From: Minutocellus sp. GHC0000111
Lineage: Eukaryota
Direction of reading: 5' to 3'
Length of the DNA: 64,000 bases
NCBI GenBank assembly: GCA_977018835.1
Contig: OZ361256.1
Span: forward strand, 1,860,001-1,924,000
Shown: positions 1 to 11,654 of the stretch, one piece after another
How positions within the stretch are numbered: the stretch's first letter is position 1
Layout of the letters: each line of letters begins with the position of its first letter
Translations under genes and position numbers: made by a program
Notes under the pieces: generated by a model
The model's database searches: none
Seen by the model: only the letters and a program-made list of their open reading frames with translations
Told to the model about the DNA's origin: nothing

Positions 1-440
1 ATGTAGTAATCTGCAAGTCTTTGTGCCAGGTTGGGTTTTCTACCCGAAACTTTGAGATGCAACGATTTGAGCTCCGCCTTGAGATCATTCGCTGGCCGCA
101 GACGCAATTCCTCAAAGAGCTCCTGACGTTCGGCGGCATACTCGTCATGTTCGTCGTTGTGACCAGCGGATGATGAAGAACGTGACTTCATCCTTTGCAG
201 TCGTTCAGCTGCCTTTTGCATCTCGTCTTTGGCTGCATCAGTGCTTCTTGGTGAAGCATCGAGGCAAGTGCCTGTGTGCCTCAAAATACGAATATTCTCC
301 TCATTGTAGCGATGGACATGCTTTCGTGAGGACAGTGTGTCGACTGAAGAAAAGGCATTCGACGGATTCGTTTGTGACATAAAACATGCCAAAAATAAAA
401 TGGCCGATAATGACGAGGAATCTGCTAATAATCGAGGCAT
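1..440 (-). CDS. SAP-domain protein, 5' part (runs off window start); possible bipartite plastid-targeting N-terminus
   Basis: Manual translation from the ATG at 440 is open to base 1: MPRLLADSSSLSAILFLACFMSQTNPSNAFSS...LRLRPANDLKAELKSLHLKVSGRKPNLAQRLADYY. The last segment fits the SAP helix-extension-helix consensus. Absent from the ORF track because its stop lies outside the window. Confidence 0.7.
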   Translation of the reverse strand, partial: MPRLLADSSSLSAILFLACFMSQTNPSNAFSSVDTLSSRKHVHRYNEENIRILRHTGTCLDASPRSTDAAKDEMQKAAERLQRMKSRSSSSAGHNDEHDEYAAERQELFEELRLRPANDLKAELKSLHLKVSGRKPNLAQRLADYY

Positions 441-709
441 TCTTCGTATGTGGAATAGATACAATGTCCTGTGATGTTGGCTCCTTACTTCATTGGCTGG
501 AATATCACGTCATCGATCGCGAGATCAATGGACCGAGCAAAGAGTGGCCTTTCCTTCGTCGGTGCGGACAACGCCGAAATTTTCGGAGCGAGAAGTCAAG
601 TCGACCAGAGAACCAGCAGAGAACATTTCTTTCCTCCGGCATATCGCCCCAAACCAAAGTTATACTAGCTAGTACTATTCCCCATCGTAACCCAAAATAG
701 ACCAAAACC

Positions 710-1492
710 ATGCCTCAGCATGAGCATATGGAGCGTCACCGAAAGCTGCACGGCCGCCGGTTCGATGCAGAGGAACGCGAACGGAAGCGGGAGGCTCGCC
801 TTGCCCATAAGCGTTCCGAGTTCGCGCAGAAGGTCCACGGAATCCGTGCCAAGCTGTACCACGAGCGTCGGTTCAAGGAGAAGGCCGCCATGCGCAAGAC
901 GATTGCTCAGCACAACGAGCGATCCAATAAGCACGCGAACGACGACGCCGTCGCCGAGGGTGCCGTTCCCGCGTACCTTCTCGATAGGGAGGGAGTCAGC
1001 CGCGCCAAGGTCCTGAGTAACACCGTCAAGCAGAAGCGCAAGGAGAAGGCCGGAAAGTGGGAGGTCCCGATCCCCAAGGTCAAGCCGGTGGCCGACGATG
1101 AGATGTTCAAGGTGATGCGGACCGGATCCAAGCGTGGAAAGGCTTGGAAGAGGGTGGTGACCAAGTGTACCTTCGTGGGCGACAATTTCACCCGGAAGGC
1201 TCCCAAGTACGAGCGGTTCATCCGACCGACCGGCCTGCGTATGAAGAAGGCCAACGTCACCCACCCCGAGCTCAAAACAACCTTCCAGTTGGACATCCTG
1301 GGTGTCAAGAAGAATCCCAGCAGCAGTCTCTACACTAACCTCGGCGTTATGACCAAGGGTACCATCATTGAGGTAAATGTGAGCGAATTGGGTCTAGTGA
1401 CGACGAGCGGACGCGTGGCCTGGGGCAAAATGGCGCAGGTAACCAATAACCCCGAGCTGGATGGCTGTGTTAATGCCGTTTTGTTGGTATAA
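710..1492 (+). CDS. NSA2: Ribosome biogenesis protein NSA2
   Basis: 260 aa intronless [22 protein letters not shown]...[18 protein letters not shown]...[18 protein letters not shown], matching the highly conserved NSA2 family. Confidence 0.97.
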   Translation: MPQHEHMERHRKLHGRRFDAEERERKREARLAHKRSEFAQKVHGIRAKLYHERRFKEKAAMRKTIAQHNERSNKHANDDAVAEGAVPAYLLDREGVSRAKVLSNTVKQKRKEKAGKWEVPIPKVKPVADDEMFKVMRTGSKRGKAWKRVVTKCTFVGDNFTRKAPKYERFIRPTGLRMKKANVTHPELKTTFQLDILGVKKNPSSSLYTNLGVMTKGTIIEVNVSELGLVTTSGRVAWGKMAQVTNNPELDGCVNAVLLV

Positions 1493-1713
1493 GGCATTTG
1501 GCATAAGTTTGTGGTGTGTCTTTTGGAAGATAAATCGGAAACTCTTCATCGGCGAGTTACACGAACTTCTATTTCTTTGACGAATATGTCGTAGATAATG
1601 GCCCACTGTTACAGTAAATTTATTTTTAGTAATTGTACACCCTGCATTTGAATCGAATCTGCTGCCCTCTGTTCATCTTTCTACTTCAATTTGAAGATAT
1701 GCAGACATGATGT

Positions 1714-2703
1714 TTAAACAAAAATCACATATGCCGCCATTGCTAGAACGCTAAAGGAAAGTTGGACGTGATGACTGTTGGCAGTAGCCGAGCTAGTATT
1801 CATATCCCCATCGCGAGCCTCGACATCATCGGTTGGCTTTTCGGTGGGCGCAGGAGTTGGACGGAACGATGGCTTATCGGTGGGACTTGCGGTTGGTTCT
1901 TCGTCTGTACTATCGCCGCCGTCAGGGTTATCAAGACGATTCTGAGCGTCGTCAATCTCGATCGTTTCCAGGCAGGTATTGTAGGCATCATCGAGAAGAT
2001 ATCCTAGCGTATCGGCGTTACTGTCGTCGTCGCTGATGAGAGGACATCCATCGTCGAACCACTTCTTTCTCTGAGCGATCATCTGAAATAATTTTGCACC
2101 TACCATCGTTTCGTCTGGCCAAGTTACCTGGCGACATTTTGGCAGTGCAAAACCTCCACTTCCAGTACCAGTCGCGGTGCCCTTGAGCTGACCAGTACCT
2201 GCCGTAGCGGCGGGAATGACGGGACTGTTCTGATCGCAGTTGACGTTGTTGTCCGACAGGAACTCACTTCGGACAAAGGAGTTCCAGCACGTGGCCTGCT
2301 TGGTGCAGTCTGTGTTCTCAAAGTCCGAATCTCTGCCGTCGAGGTAGAGAGGATGATCGTAGGCAACGACGTCGTATTCCAGGCAGCAGTTGGTGACGGC
2401 ATTGTTGAGTTCCTCGTAGAATGGTGCCAGTGCCGGATTGCCCACCTCGAACGATTTGCACTTGGGATCTTCGTCGCACATTCGTTGACAGCTCTTTACG
2501 AGGTTGGCACCCGAGAGGGGAGCGCCGTTGTCGTCGTCGCATTGGTAGCATCCACCCTCGTTGCGGCCGTAGATGATACTGGCACCATAGATTGGATTGT
2601 CATATGGACAGGCCGAGTTGCTCTGGGCACTGACCATGACGACGGCATTGTAGAAGAATGAGGGCGCGAGCAAAGTAGCGATGGCAAAGTTGTGGTGGCG
2701 CAT
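1714..2703 (-). CDS. Secreted Cys-rich cell-surface protein, PAN/apple-like motif, PT-rich stalk, probable GPI anchor
   Basis: N-terminal signal peptide; CQRMCDEDPKCKSFE motif; PTASPTDKPSFRPTPAPTEKPT stalk; small-residue omega region (TSSA) followed by a hydrophobic C-terminal tail. Confidence 0.7.
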   Translation of the reverse strand: MRHHNFAIATLLAPSFFYNAVVMVSAQSNSACPYDNPIYGASIIYGRNEGGCYQCDDDNGAPLSGANLVKSCQRMCDEDPKCKSFEVGNPALAPFYEELNNAVTNCCLEYDVVAYDHPLYLDGRDSDFENTDCTKQATCWNSFVRSEFLSDNNVNCDQNSPVIPAATAGTGQLKGTATGTGSGGFALPKCRQVTWPDETMVGAKLFQMIAQRKKWFDDGCPLISDDDSNADTLGYLLDDAYNTCLETIEIDDAQNRLDNPDGGDSTDEEPTASPTDKPSFRPTPAPTEKPTDDVEARDGDMNTSSATANSHHVQLSFSVLAMAAYVIFV

Positions 2704-3429
2704 CTTTTTATGAGGATGTATGTGATGATGATAAGAGATGATATCGATGAAATCGGATTGATTATTGAGTGGAATGTATCAAGATGTTTTTCGCAGACGT
2801 ATAGAGTTTGCCTTGAGTTATGAGGCGAAGTCGTATCGTGCCTCCTCATCGTCCTCATCTTTGCATGATCTGATTTGAATTAATTTGGCAAGATCGATTG
2901 TCATGACATGTTCGACTGGGAACTTACAGAATATCGATCGAGTGAGTCTATTTTATATTCATTTTCATGTCCGTATATTTGAAGATCACAAATCCGAGCC
3001 GGCACGACAAGAGGGGTTTTTGTTGATTCGAGTGATAATCGAATCTTTCCTTGTTGTTGAGTAGTAAATTCTGGAGAGTTTCTTCCTCCCCGCCGCGCAA
3101 GTCGCGCGCATACCGCGCCTTTCTTTCACACGGTGTTTCGAGGTTGTACCCAACTGTATCCAGAGCAATCATATCTCACATTTTAGTTGGTGTCGACCGT
3201 GCCCCCGTGCCAACGTCGTTGCCAAACACATCCACTTACTTTGCTCCAATCCGGCCACGTCCACGGTGCTCTCCAACCTCCGCTTCACGTCCACGCTTCA
3301 GCTCCAGTAGCTGTCCACAATTATTCCACGCAGATAGATCAAGTGGCTCTTCCTGCTCATCTCGTGCATGAATCATTCTTTTCTTCACAAGCAACAACAA
3401 TTTATTCGTACAACAACAATACCATCACA

Positions 3430-4905
3430 ATGAATCTCACTGTCAATACCAACATGCCCTCCAGCGCCGCCTCCGAACATCGCGAGCCGGAGCAGCAGTC
3501 CACCCGCAGCGATTCGTCTCGTTGCTCCTCTCCCTCGTCTTCGTCCTCGTCTTCTTCGCCTGGTCGAACTCGCCGTGGAGGCCGAGGAGGCCGAGGCAAG
3601 AACCGACACAACAATCGCCAGTCCTCTCCTCGATCGGTGGCCGCGTCTTCCTCCTCGCCGTCCTTCTTTTTCGGCAGCGGCAGCGACGACGGCAGCAGCA
3701 GCACCATCGAGGGATCGCACCCCAACGCCCCTCCGCCGTCGCCGACGCACCTGGCCAAGTACTCCCGCCGGGCCAACCCGCTCGCCCTGCCCAGCCCCCC
3801 GCACGACGCCCCCATGACCAAGGCCGACATTTACTTCGCCATGGACTGCGAGATGGTCGGCGTCGGCCCCGATGGCACCGACAACGCCCTCGCCCGCGTC
3901 GTTCTGGTAAACTACGACGAGGACGTCGTGCTGGACAAGTTCGTCCGCGTATCGCAGCGCGTGACCGATTACCGCACATTCGTGTCGGGCATTACCGCCG
4001 ACGACCTCGACGGCAATCCCGCCGCCATCTCCTTCGACGAGTGCCGCGCGGAGGTCCGAAGGATCCTCCACGGCAAGATCCTGATCGGCCACGGATTGTC
4101 GTCCGACCTTTCGGCGTTGGACATGTCCCACCCCTGGTCCGACGTGAGGGATACGGCCAAGTACACCCCGTTCATGCGCAAGGTCCACTCCAAGGACACC
4201 CACCAGGACGTCCTCCTGCCGTCCAAGCTGCGCGATTTGGTGTGGGACAAGTGCCAGATGCAGATCCAGCACCTGGGGCAGAGCCACGATCCCAAGGAGG
4301 ACGCCGTCGCCGCTTTAAGGTTGTACAAGTCGGCCCGGAGGGAGTGGGAGATGGACATGATCCGCCAGGTCAAGGCGGCGCGGGAGCTCGAGGAGGCCAC
4401 CGTCCGGAGGGCCGCGCGGAGGCAGCAAAGGGTCCAGCAACGGGTGAGGCAGCAGCAGCATCAACAGCATCAACACATGATGCAGGCCATGCCACAACCT
4501 CCATACGGCAATCACAATATGCAGATGAATATGAATGTGCAAGCGAATGGGAACATGAACCGCAAGCCGTCCGTCAACACCGTCCATCAGAGCGGCAGGT
4601 CCATGTCGCCCCAGATGATGGCCGTCCACGCCCCGCCGATGTCGCCCCCGCCTCTGATGCAGCAGCCGCCGATGCACATGGCCCATCCGCGTGGACATGG
4701 ACCACAGCAGATGGCCATCAACAACAATGCCCCCGTCCTGCCCGGCCTGGGATTGCCGGCAATGGACCATGGATACGGGCAGCACCAGCATCAGCAGCAG
4801 CGCCAGCAGCAATATCAATACCAGCATCAGCATCGGGGACGACGAAATGCCAGCAACTCCGGTGTTGGCGCCTACCCCCGCCACCGACTCCAGGCGCACG
4901 CTTAA
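3430..4905 (+). CDS. REX4: RNA exonuclease 4-like (DEDDh 3'-5' exonuclease) with Q/H/P/M-rich C-terminal tail
   Basis: Motifs FAMDCEMVGVG, LIGHGLSSDL, VRDTAKY, HDPKEDAVAALRLY. First ATG of the ORF is at 3430. Confidence 0.85.
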   Translation: MNLTVNTNMPSSAASEHREPEQQSTRSDSSRCSSPSSSSSSSSPGRTRRGGRGGRGKNRHNNRQSSPRSVAASSSSPSFFFGSGSDDGSSSTIEGSHPNAPPPSPTHLAKYSRRANPLALPSPPHDAPMTKADIYFAMDCEMVGVGPDGTDNALARVVLVNYDEDVVLDKFVRVSQRVTDYRTFVSGITADDLDGNPAAISFDECRAEVRRILHGKILIGHGLSSDLSALDMSHPWSDVRDTAKYTPFMRKVHSKDTHQDVLLPSKLRDLVWDKCQMQIQHLGQSHDPKEDAVAALRLYKSARREWEMDMIRQVKAARELEEATVRRAARRQQRVQQRVRQQQHQQHQHMMQAMPQPPYGNHNMQMNMNVQANGNMNRKPSVNTVHQSGRSMSPQMMAVHAPPMSPPPLMQQPPMHMAHPRGHGPQQMAINNNAPVLPGLGLPAMDHGYGQHQHQQQRQQQYQYQHQHRGRRNASNSGVGAYPRHRLQAHA

Positions 4906-5289
4906 TCAATATCGTCGTGTTGTTGGGGTGGAGAGTGGAAAAATGTACAGTTAGAAACTGTGTCGCCACACAGGATATATATTGGGCGGGTAGTATTTTT
5001 AGTATATATAAGCATTAGATTCCAACTTAGCTAGGATACCAGGACATATCGTGCTCGCTCAATAGACTCAAGCATACATGTATCTAATTTTACTACTGCT
5101 ATTGAGAGCCAAGTACTACGTAGCTAGTGTTGAGTCGCCGGAAGGCAAACAAGCCCAATTCAAGGCTCCCCAAAACAAGAGCAGGATAACGCTACACCGT
5201 ACCGGTAGATCTAAAAATGGGCACTTCCTCTGACTCCTCGAACCAAGACATCTGAACAAAAGAAAATCCTCTTCCTTGACCGCACAGAG

Positions 5290-6897
5290 TCAGTATCGTG
5301 TGTCTCTATCCAACTTCTCGGGCCGATTCTTCTCACTCTTTCCTGTGTCGTAGCTTAAAATGAACTCAAATTTGTTCATCTTTTCAAGCTGCTCTTGGGC
5401 AGAAATGTCGTTCCTTTCAAACGGGTAGCGCTCATATTCCTGCAAGAACAGCTCACACTCCAAGAGCCTAAAGGGCTTCCACTCCTCGCTTGCCCAGTCA
5501 CAGGTGCAGTGGGGTTGGACGAGACAGAACTCATGAAGTATTGAAAAGTCCGTATCTTCCTTTACATCAGGATCATTGACCCAGCCGCCGCAGGTACAGG
5601 GGCATTTGCCTTGGCTCGTCTTGATGTACAGAAGAGTTTCGACATATTCGCCGCGAATTGTAACATCATTGTCTCCATTTGTTTCCAACCAATATTCGCC
5701 AGAAACGTAATCTCCGTAATGATGGAATCTGTAATCTAGACACCCTTTGGGTAGCAGCGGGCATCGCTTGTTGGTCGATCTCTGGACCAAGTCACACGAG
5801 ATGTAAATGCTGCCGTAATCGTACTCCCTGAGCTTCGGATACATATCGAGCGTGAACCTTATGGCATCGCCATTAGACTCGCCCCCGCGTAAACCAAACT
5901 CCATTTCGTCAACGAACTTGGACACCACCGCCACAGACCTGCCGTCCCGCTCGAGATGGAACTTTAGGTGAAGGCAGTAGGATGATAGAGGCTTTGGTCG
6001 TGCATCCATGCTATCACGGTAGAGTTCTGGCTTTTCGATAACGTCCAGCACACACTCTCGGCGATACATGAGCCTCAGGTGCCTTGAAGGTGGTGGCAAT
6101 GGAACCGACACATATCTACCAGGCGTTGAAGACGTCAGCGGCATCAAGCGTGCGACGGCCAACCAAGTCGACGTGTCGGCGACTTTGTCCTCGTCGTCCT
6201 CTCCGCCATTGCTACCCTTGATCCGCTCAACCATTTCGATGAGGTACGGATAATCTCGCTTGGCGATCAGACGCCAAAGCCCTTCATCGTGACCTCTCAC
6301 TCGGGCGCTCTTGGAGCAACAAGACAGGGTCCAAATGCCCCCAGCCTCGAGGAATGTCATGGCAGAATGAAATGCATCGAGAGGGATGCCCAGGAGGGTT
6401 GGAGAATCGGAAACGCCGTCCGCATCCTTCAATGCAAGAGTTTTGGTTTCCTTATCACGGTCGCTTTGGTCTGCCGACTGCTGATTGGCATCACTATCGG
6501 CCGGCTGGTTCTGCTCCAGCTTACGCTGCTTCTGGGAGTTGAGCCGGCGGAGCAGCTGATCGTACGCCGCCTGAAGCACGGCCTTCTCCTTCCCCAGCTG
6601 CTGCGTCAAGCGGTCGTCTTTGGCGGAAATGAGCTGCTGGGCATGATGACTCGCCTCCCTTTTCTTTTCCTGTTCCTTCCGCAGGGCCTCCTTGGCCTCG
6701 GCGCAAATCAGCACGAGAAGCTCCGAGTCCTCGGCGTCGATCCACCCGTTCTTCGTCAGGATTCTCCCGGCCTTGAGCATCAAATCCAAGAGCATTGACT
6801 CTTCGGTAATCTTGCACGTTGTATTGGTCGCTGCAGTCGTGGTAGCCAGTACTAGTACAGGCGGATCAGCGTCCGAGCGGCGTCTCGATGCCACCAT
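5290..6897 (-). CDS. F-box protein with N-terminal coiled coil
   Basis: F-box-like segment PTLLGIPLDAFHSAMTFLEAGGIWTLSCCSKSARVRGHDEGLWRLIAKRDYP; long uninterrupted ORF. Confidence 0.65.
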   Translation of the reverse strand: MVASRRRSDADPPVLVLATTTAATNTTCKITEESMLLDLMLKAGRILTKNGWIDAEDSELLVLICAEAKEALRKEQEKKREASHHAQQLISAKDDRLTQQLGKEKAVLQAAYDQLLRRLNSQKQRKLEQNQPADSDANQQSADQSDRDKETKTLALKDADGVSDSPTLLGIPLDAFHSAMTFLEAGGIWTLSCCSKSARVRGHDEGLWRLIAKRDYPYLIEMVERIKGSNGGEDDEDKVADTSTWLAVARLMPLTSSTPGRYVSVPLPPPSRHLRLMYRRECVLDVIEKPELYRDSMDARPKPLSSYCLHLKFHLERDGRSVAVVSKFVDEMEFGLRGGESNGDAIRFTLDMYPKLREYDYGSIYISCDLVQRSTNKRCPLLPKGCLDYRFHHYGDYVSGEYWLETNGDNDVTIRGEYVETLLYIKTSQGKCPCTCGGWVNDPDVKEDTDFSILHEFCLVQPHCTCDWASEEWKPFRLLECELFLQEYERYPFERNDISAQEQLEKMNKFEFILSYDTGKSEKNRPEKLDRDTRY

Positions 6898-7721
6898 GGT
6901 CACGCAACAATGAGCTCATCGATGGAATCATCGAATATCGGGGAAAAGAAACATGAAAAGGGAATGAATCCCCTGATGGCTGACGTGCTAAACCCAACCG
7001 GCGACAACCTTCCGAACAACTTCGAAGCCCTCGATTGTTTCATTGTCAAAAATGGAATCAATCGCGCGTTCGATGGCAACCAACACATCATGTGTGGCTT
7101 TAGCAAGTCCATCTCGTATCGTATCTTGTTCGTCTGTCCGTCACCGCACCCTATTACATTCGAACATCAAACTTCAACAAGCCATTCGCATAATCGCATA
7201 ATGATGCTAAGAGCAGAAACGCTGTTGCAGCACCGGCATCATAGCTCTAGCAACATGTTGACACCTACTCTATCTAGATGCATCGATATCTTCTGGTGGG
7301 ATGGTGGAGTTTGTGGTGCCAAGCCGCGCTCGAGATACCGGTAGAGAAAGAAGCCGACTGCTCGACGACGACTGGAAACCCAAGCGCACAAGAACGATCG
7401 CGCGCCAGAAGATGAGGGATGCGGTATCTGCATGAATTGACAGCATTCTGTTAAATTGACAGCGTTCTGCGGAAATGATTCTGCGGAAACGACAGATTGA
7501 TGCTGAAGGATGCTGAAGGATTGACGATCGTGACTCAATGGACGGTACCGGCGGTTGCGGCAAAGATTCACATCGAGGCTCCCAATTGGCGCTCTGTCGG
7601 TGCTTTTGATTGATTGAACCGGCTTTACATTGATGCAGGAGTGTCTTGGCATTGTTCTGCGGGACTGCCAGCAAATTGTGGAAACGACAGATTTATGCTC
7701 AAAAGTTGAAGGGTGTATCGC

Positions 7722-8614
7722 CAGCTCCCATCAAGAATTATCGTCAGCTTTCATAAGAAGTATCGTCGGCTCTCACCAAGAACTATCGTCGGCTCTCAGC
7801 AAGAACTATCGTCAGCTCCCATCAAGAATTATCGTCGGCTCTCACCAAGAAGTATCGTCGGCTCTCACCAAGAAGTATCGTCGGCTTGCAACAAGAATTA
7901 TTGGTGATCCCTGTGGTGGTGGCTCATGTGAATTGCAGGAATTATTGACATCTCTCAGCAAGCGCAAGAATTATTGTCGGCTCTCAGCAAGAATTATTCC
8001 TAATTCTTGTGGTGGTGGCTCAAGTGAATGGTGAGAATTATTGGTGAGCCCTGTGGTGGTGGCTCGTATGAATGGCAAGAATTATCGTCGGCTCTCAGCA
8101 AGAACTATCGTCAGGTTCCAGCAAGAAGTATTGTCGGCTCTCAGCAAGAACTATCGTCAGGTTCCAGCAAGAATTATCGCCAGCTCCCATCAAGAATTAT
8201 CGTCAGCTTTCATAAGAATTATCGCCGGCTCTCAGCAAGAACTAACGTCAGGTTCCAGCAAGAATTATTGGTGATCCCTGTGGTGGTGGCTCGTATGAAT
8301 GGCAGGAATTATTGCCAGCTCTCAGCAAGAACTATCGTCAGGTTCCAGCAAGAAGTATTGTCGGCTCTCAGCAAGAACTATCGTCAGGTTCCAGCAAGAA
8401 TTATCGCCAGCTCCCATCAAGAATTATCGTCAGCTTTCATAAGAATTATCGCCGGCTCTCAGCAAGAACTATCGTCAGGTTCCAGCAAGAATTATCGTCA
8501 GCTCCCATAAGAATTATCGTCAGGTTCCAGCAAGAAGTATTGTCGGCTCTCACCAAGAAGTCGTCGGCTTGCAACAAGAATTATTGGTGATCCCTGTGGT
8601 GGTGGCTCGTATGA
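7722..8614. repeat. Minisatellite: ~23-bp units (consensus CAAGAATTATCGTCGGCTCTCAG) interspersed with a ~44-bp unit; 227-bp higher-order repeat
   Basis: Directly visible. Variants include CAAGAACTATCGTCAGGTTCCAG and CAAGAATTATCGCCAGCTCCCAT. The long unit CAAGAATTATTGGTGATCCCTGTGGTGGTGGCTCGTATGAATGG occurs near 7892, 7988 (degenerate), 8032, 8259 and 8575. Confidence 0.95.
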
Positions 8615-8851
8615 AGCTTTATTATTGGCTCCCCGTGAGAATCATATTTTTACAGGTAGTACTGGTAGTGGTATAAAAGAAGTCTAGAATTTTTGCATGC
8701 TACGATGGCTAAAATATCGCGTCACTGTTTGCCGACTTTTCTTGTAATACATGCAATCAAAGGATTCTTTGCAAGTTGCCTCGCTTGACTTCGGCTTCAG
8801 AGGGCTCGTAGGAGTTTCTGGCCACAATGAATACACTCAAGCTTTACTGTC

Positions 8852-11654
8852 CTAAGGCTCATACTCGTTGCCCGCGGTGATATGAACAACTGCGAGTAGA
8901 ACAGAGATGGAGTGGCGATAGGTCTCTGGAACGAGATGGAATCCGAGAGCTGCACGCTCATCAAACACCACCTTAACAACACGCTCGATCGTGGCTAAAG
9001 CAGAAGAGAAATTCTTGTTGTCATCAATCTTGGCTTCCGTCAACTTGGCACCGATGTCCTTACCGACAGCTTCCGCTTGTTGAGCCCATTGCTGCTTCCG
9101 GGCGGTGTCGAAGCTTGACCGCTTGTTTTTCTTATCAGACTTTTTGACAAGGGCATCAAAATGATCTTTCTCCACTTTCGTTACTTCACAGTACTTGCTA
9201 CCCATCGTAGTCCCTTGCTTGAGGGCGTTGGACATGCCGGAAACTGCAGGCGCATAGCAGTCAAGAAAACTGGTCACGGGAAGTAATTTCTTCGCCTTCG
9301 CAGACTGCTTTTGGTGATGAGACCAGGTGCAGTCAAACGAAGCGGCGAATGCAAAAAGGCTCGCAAATTTCGAATCGTCTCCAGGATATTCGTCGAAGAA
9401 CGTGTCCAAGAAGCTGGTACTGGACTCTTTGTCGAAGATTTTGGTGAATTGTACAAAGGACAAGGGAGATGAGGATTTCATAAGAAACGAGGCCAGAGTG
9501 TCGATGTCGCCCTGGAGCTTTTTGATCGTAGCGATAGATACATGAAAGTCGGCGGCGACGTCAAGGTGCATTTCAGCAAACTGCTCTTCTACTTCTAGAG
9601 CCTGCTTGGGGGCGTCGTTCTGCTCTCCAACCTTCTTCTTGAGATCAGAAAGTTCGGCCTCGAGCTTGGCGGTCTTTTCAGATTCTTCGTTGGCCGCGTC
9701 GAGCTTCTCCTTGAGGTCGTCGTACTTGGCTTGGAGATTGACAGCCTTCTCCTCGGCATCTGCAGCGCGCTGGTTGGCGGCTTCGAGGTTCTTCTTGAGT
9801 TGCTCGATATTGTCTTGGGGGAGAGACGAAGCATCGCTCGTAGGGACATCCTCGGCCACCTCGAGAGGATTGGGCACATCTTGGAGGGCGGGATGATGGA
9901 GCCACTCCTCGGTGCTGAGGCGCTCGTTGGGATCGGGCTTGGCCAATCCATCCAACAGATTGATCATCTGGGGAGGAACATAAATGATGAGATCGAGTTC
10001 CTCCTCGAGCTCTTCCCGCGTGAAGAAGGCCCCGGTGACCTTGTTTCGCGTCCGACCATTGGCGATATCCTTAAAGTTTTCGGTCCCCACAAAAAATTGA
10101 AGCAAGGTCATTCCGCAAGAGAAGAGGTCGACCTTGTAGGTCGTCTTGATCCGATCCTCCAACCAAGATTCCGGCGCCATGAACTCCAACGTTCCGCAAC
10201 GTTCGGTCGGAAAACCAGTCTCGTCGACTTTGACTTTTGTTCCGAGACCCAAGTCAGCGACGACGAGGGACCCAATAACCCCAGCGTCCCGAAGCATCAG
10301 ATTCTGAATGGTGCGGCGGCAAAACTGCAAAAGTGTTGACATACGAATCGTAGGTGTAATAATAATGGTGTTAGATCGAAAATGGAACAGCACACATAAA
10401 AATAATAAAGGCCAATGCATTCGTCGCTCCCTCCAACACCGAAGCTTTCAAACTTACTCCCAGCTTGATATCGCGATGGATAATTCCCTTGCCATGGAGC
10501 GTCTGGACGCCTGCGGCCAGGGTTTTGGCAAAACGAGGAAGTAGCTTCAGGCGCTTTTCAATTGTCAAGTCTTCGATGAATTCTTCGAGATTGCCACCAT
10601 GGATAGGTTCCATCACAAGGAATGGAGCAATCGGATTCACATTCCAGTCGAGAGGCTTGATGAAGAATTCGCTACCTTCGCCGTGGGCTACCTTGTGCAT
10701 TAGGCTGATCTCGTTGTTGATGTCTGTAATCGACTGATCTACCTTTTTGCCCTTTACCTCGTCTACCTCGGTCAGGAAGTTCTTGACTACTGCCACAACA
10801 TCCTTATTTGGGTCGGATTTCAGACTGCAGGGAATAATAACTCCGTATGAGGACCCAGCGATCGCCCCTTTGTAGTCGAGATCATAGTCGTCGAGAGCAT
10901 CAAACATGGATTTCATCCCCGTCGCAACCTTCTCGAATTGCTCCACCATAAATTTCGCAATGCGATCAATGCCATCGGTATTGCCGCGGTTCTTGCTCCT
11001 CTTGGTGATCTTCTTGAGGATTTCGGGACCGACCTCGTAAAAGAATGCCGCAAACCGAAGGTGGTGCGTCGTGATAATTTGATTGTCACGGACCTTCTTG
11101 GGTTTGGATAAGCCGCTCCGTTTGGCCGGAGTGGTCCCATCTTTGAACCCGTCAGAGTCCGGCTTGGCGCTTTCCCATTCTTCGAGGAGTAAATTGAAGC
11201 GGCTCTTCAGAACACCAGCCAGGGCCTTCTGCAACATCTCGACATTATCGGCGATGGTCTCGAGCTGGTTCTTGGGACTGAGCGCATGCTCGATCACCGA
11301 TTTGGTAGTGGATCGAGTTTGACGGCGCGTCACTGGCTTCTTCGGCGTCGGTTCTGGATCCAAATCTTGTCCCTGATCCAAATCTTGTCCCTGGTCGTCC
11401 TTCCACTTTAGTTCCAAATCGTGCTTCAGGTGCCAATACACGTAGGTTCCGAGTCCGCGAAGTTGCTCGTCAGTAACGTCCTCCGGGGCATAATCCATTT
11501 GCTGGATGAAATGTTTGTGCTGCTCCGTTTGTGTTACATGTAGCAACAATTCGTTCTTTGCACCGATCTCAATCACGTCGTCAATGTTTGCTGCCAATCT
11601 TCTGATGTCCGCATCCCAGACAGGAGCACGGCTTTCTCGGGTATTGTTGCTCAT
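8852..11654 (-). CDS. Ser/Thr protein kinase with C-terminal coiled coil; 2 exons (11654-10458, 10303-8852)
   Basis: A GTAAGT...CAG intron (10457-10304) joins HRDIKLG to NLMLRD. Motifs AGSSYG, VAVVK, NEI, HRDIKLGN, DLG, CGTLEFMAPE, DLFSCG. Start codon uncertain. Confidence 0.85.

Noticed and set aside
3385..5018. Long overlapping or antisense ORFs (also over SF3A2, PAP, PGK and the E3 ligase)
   Set aside because: Shadow ORFs expected from high GC3 and low-complexity coding sequence.
7722..8614. CRISPR-like array; ORFs 7630-8590
   Set aside because: The variable parts are short, reused variants rather than unique spacers. There are no cas genes and the context is eukaryotic. The ORFs are frame permutations of a 23-bp period.
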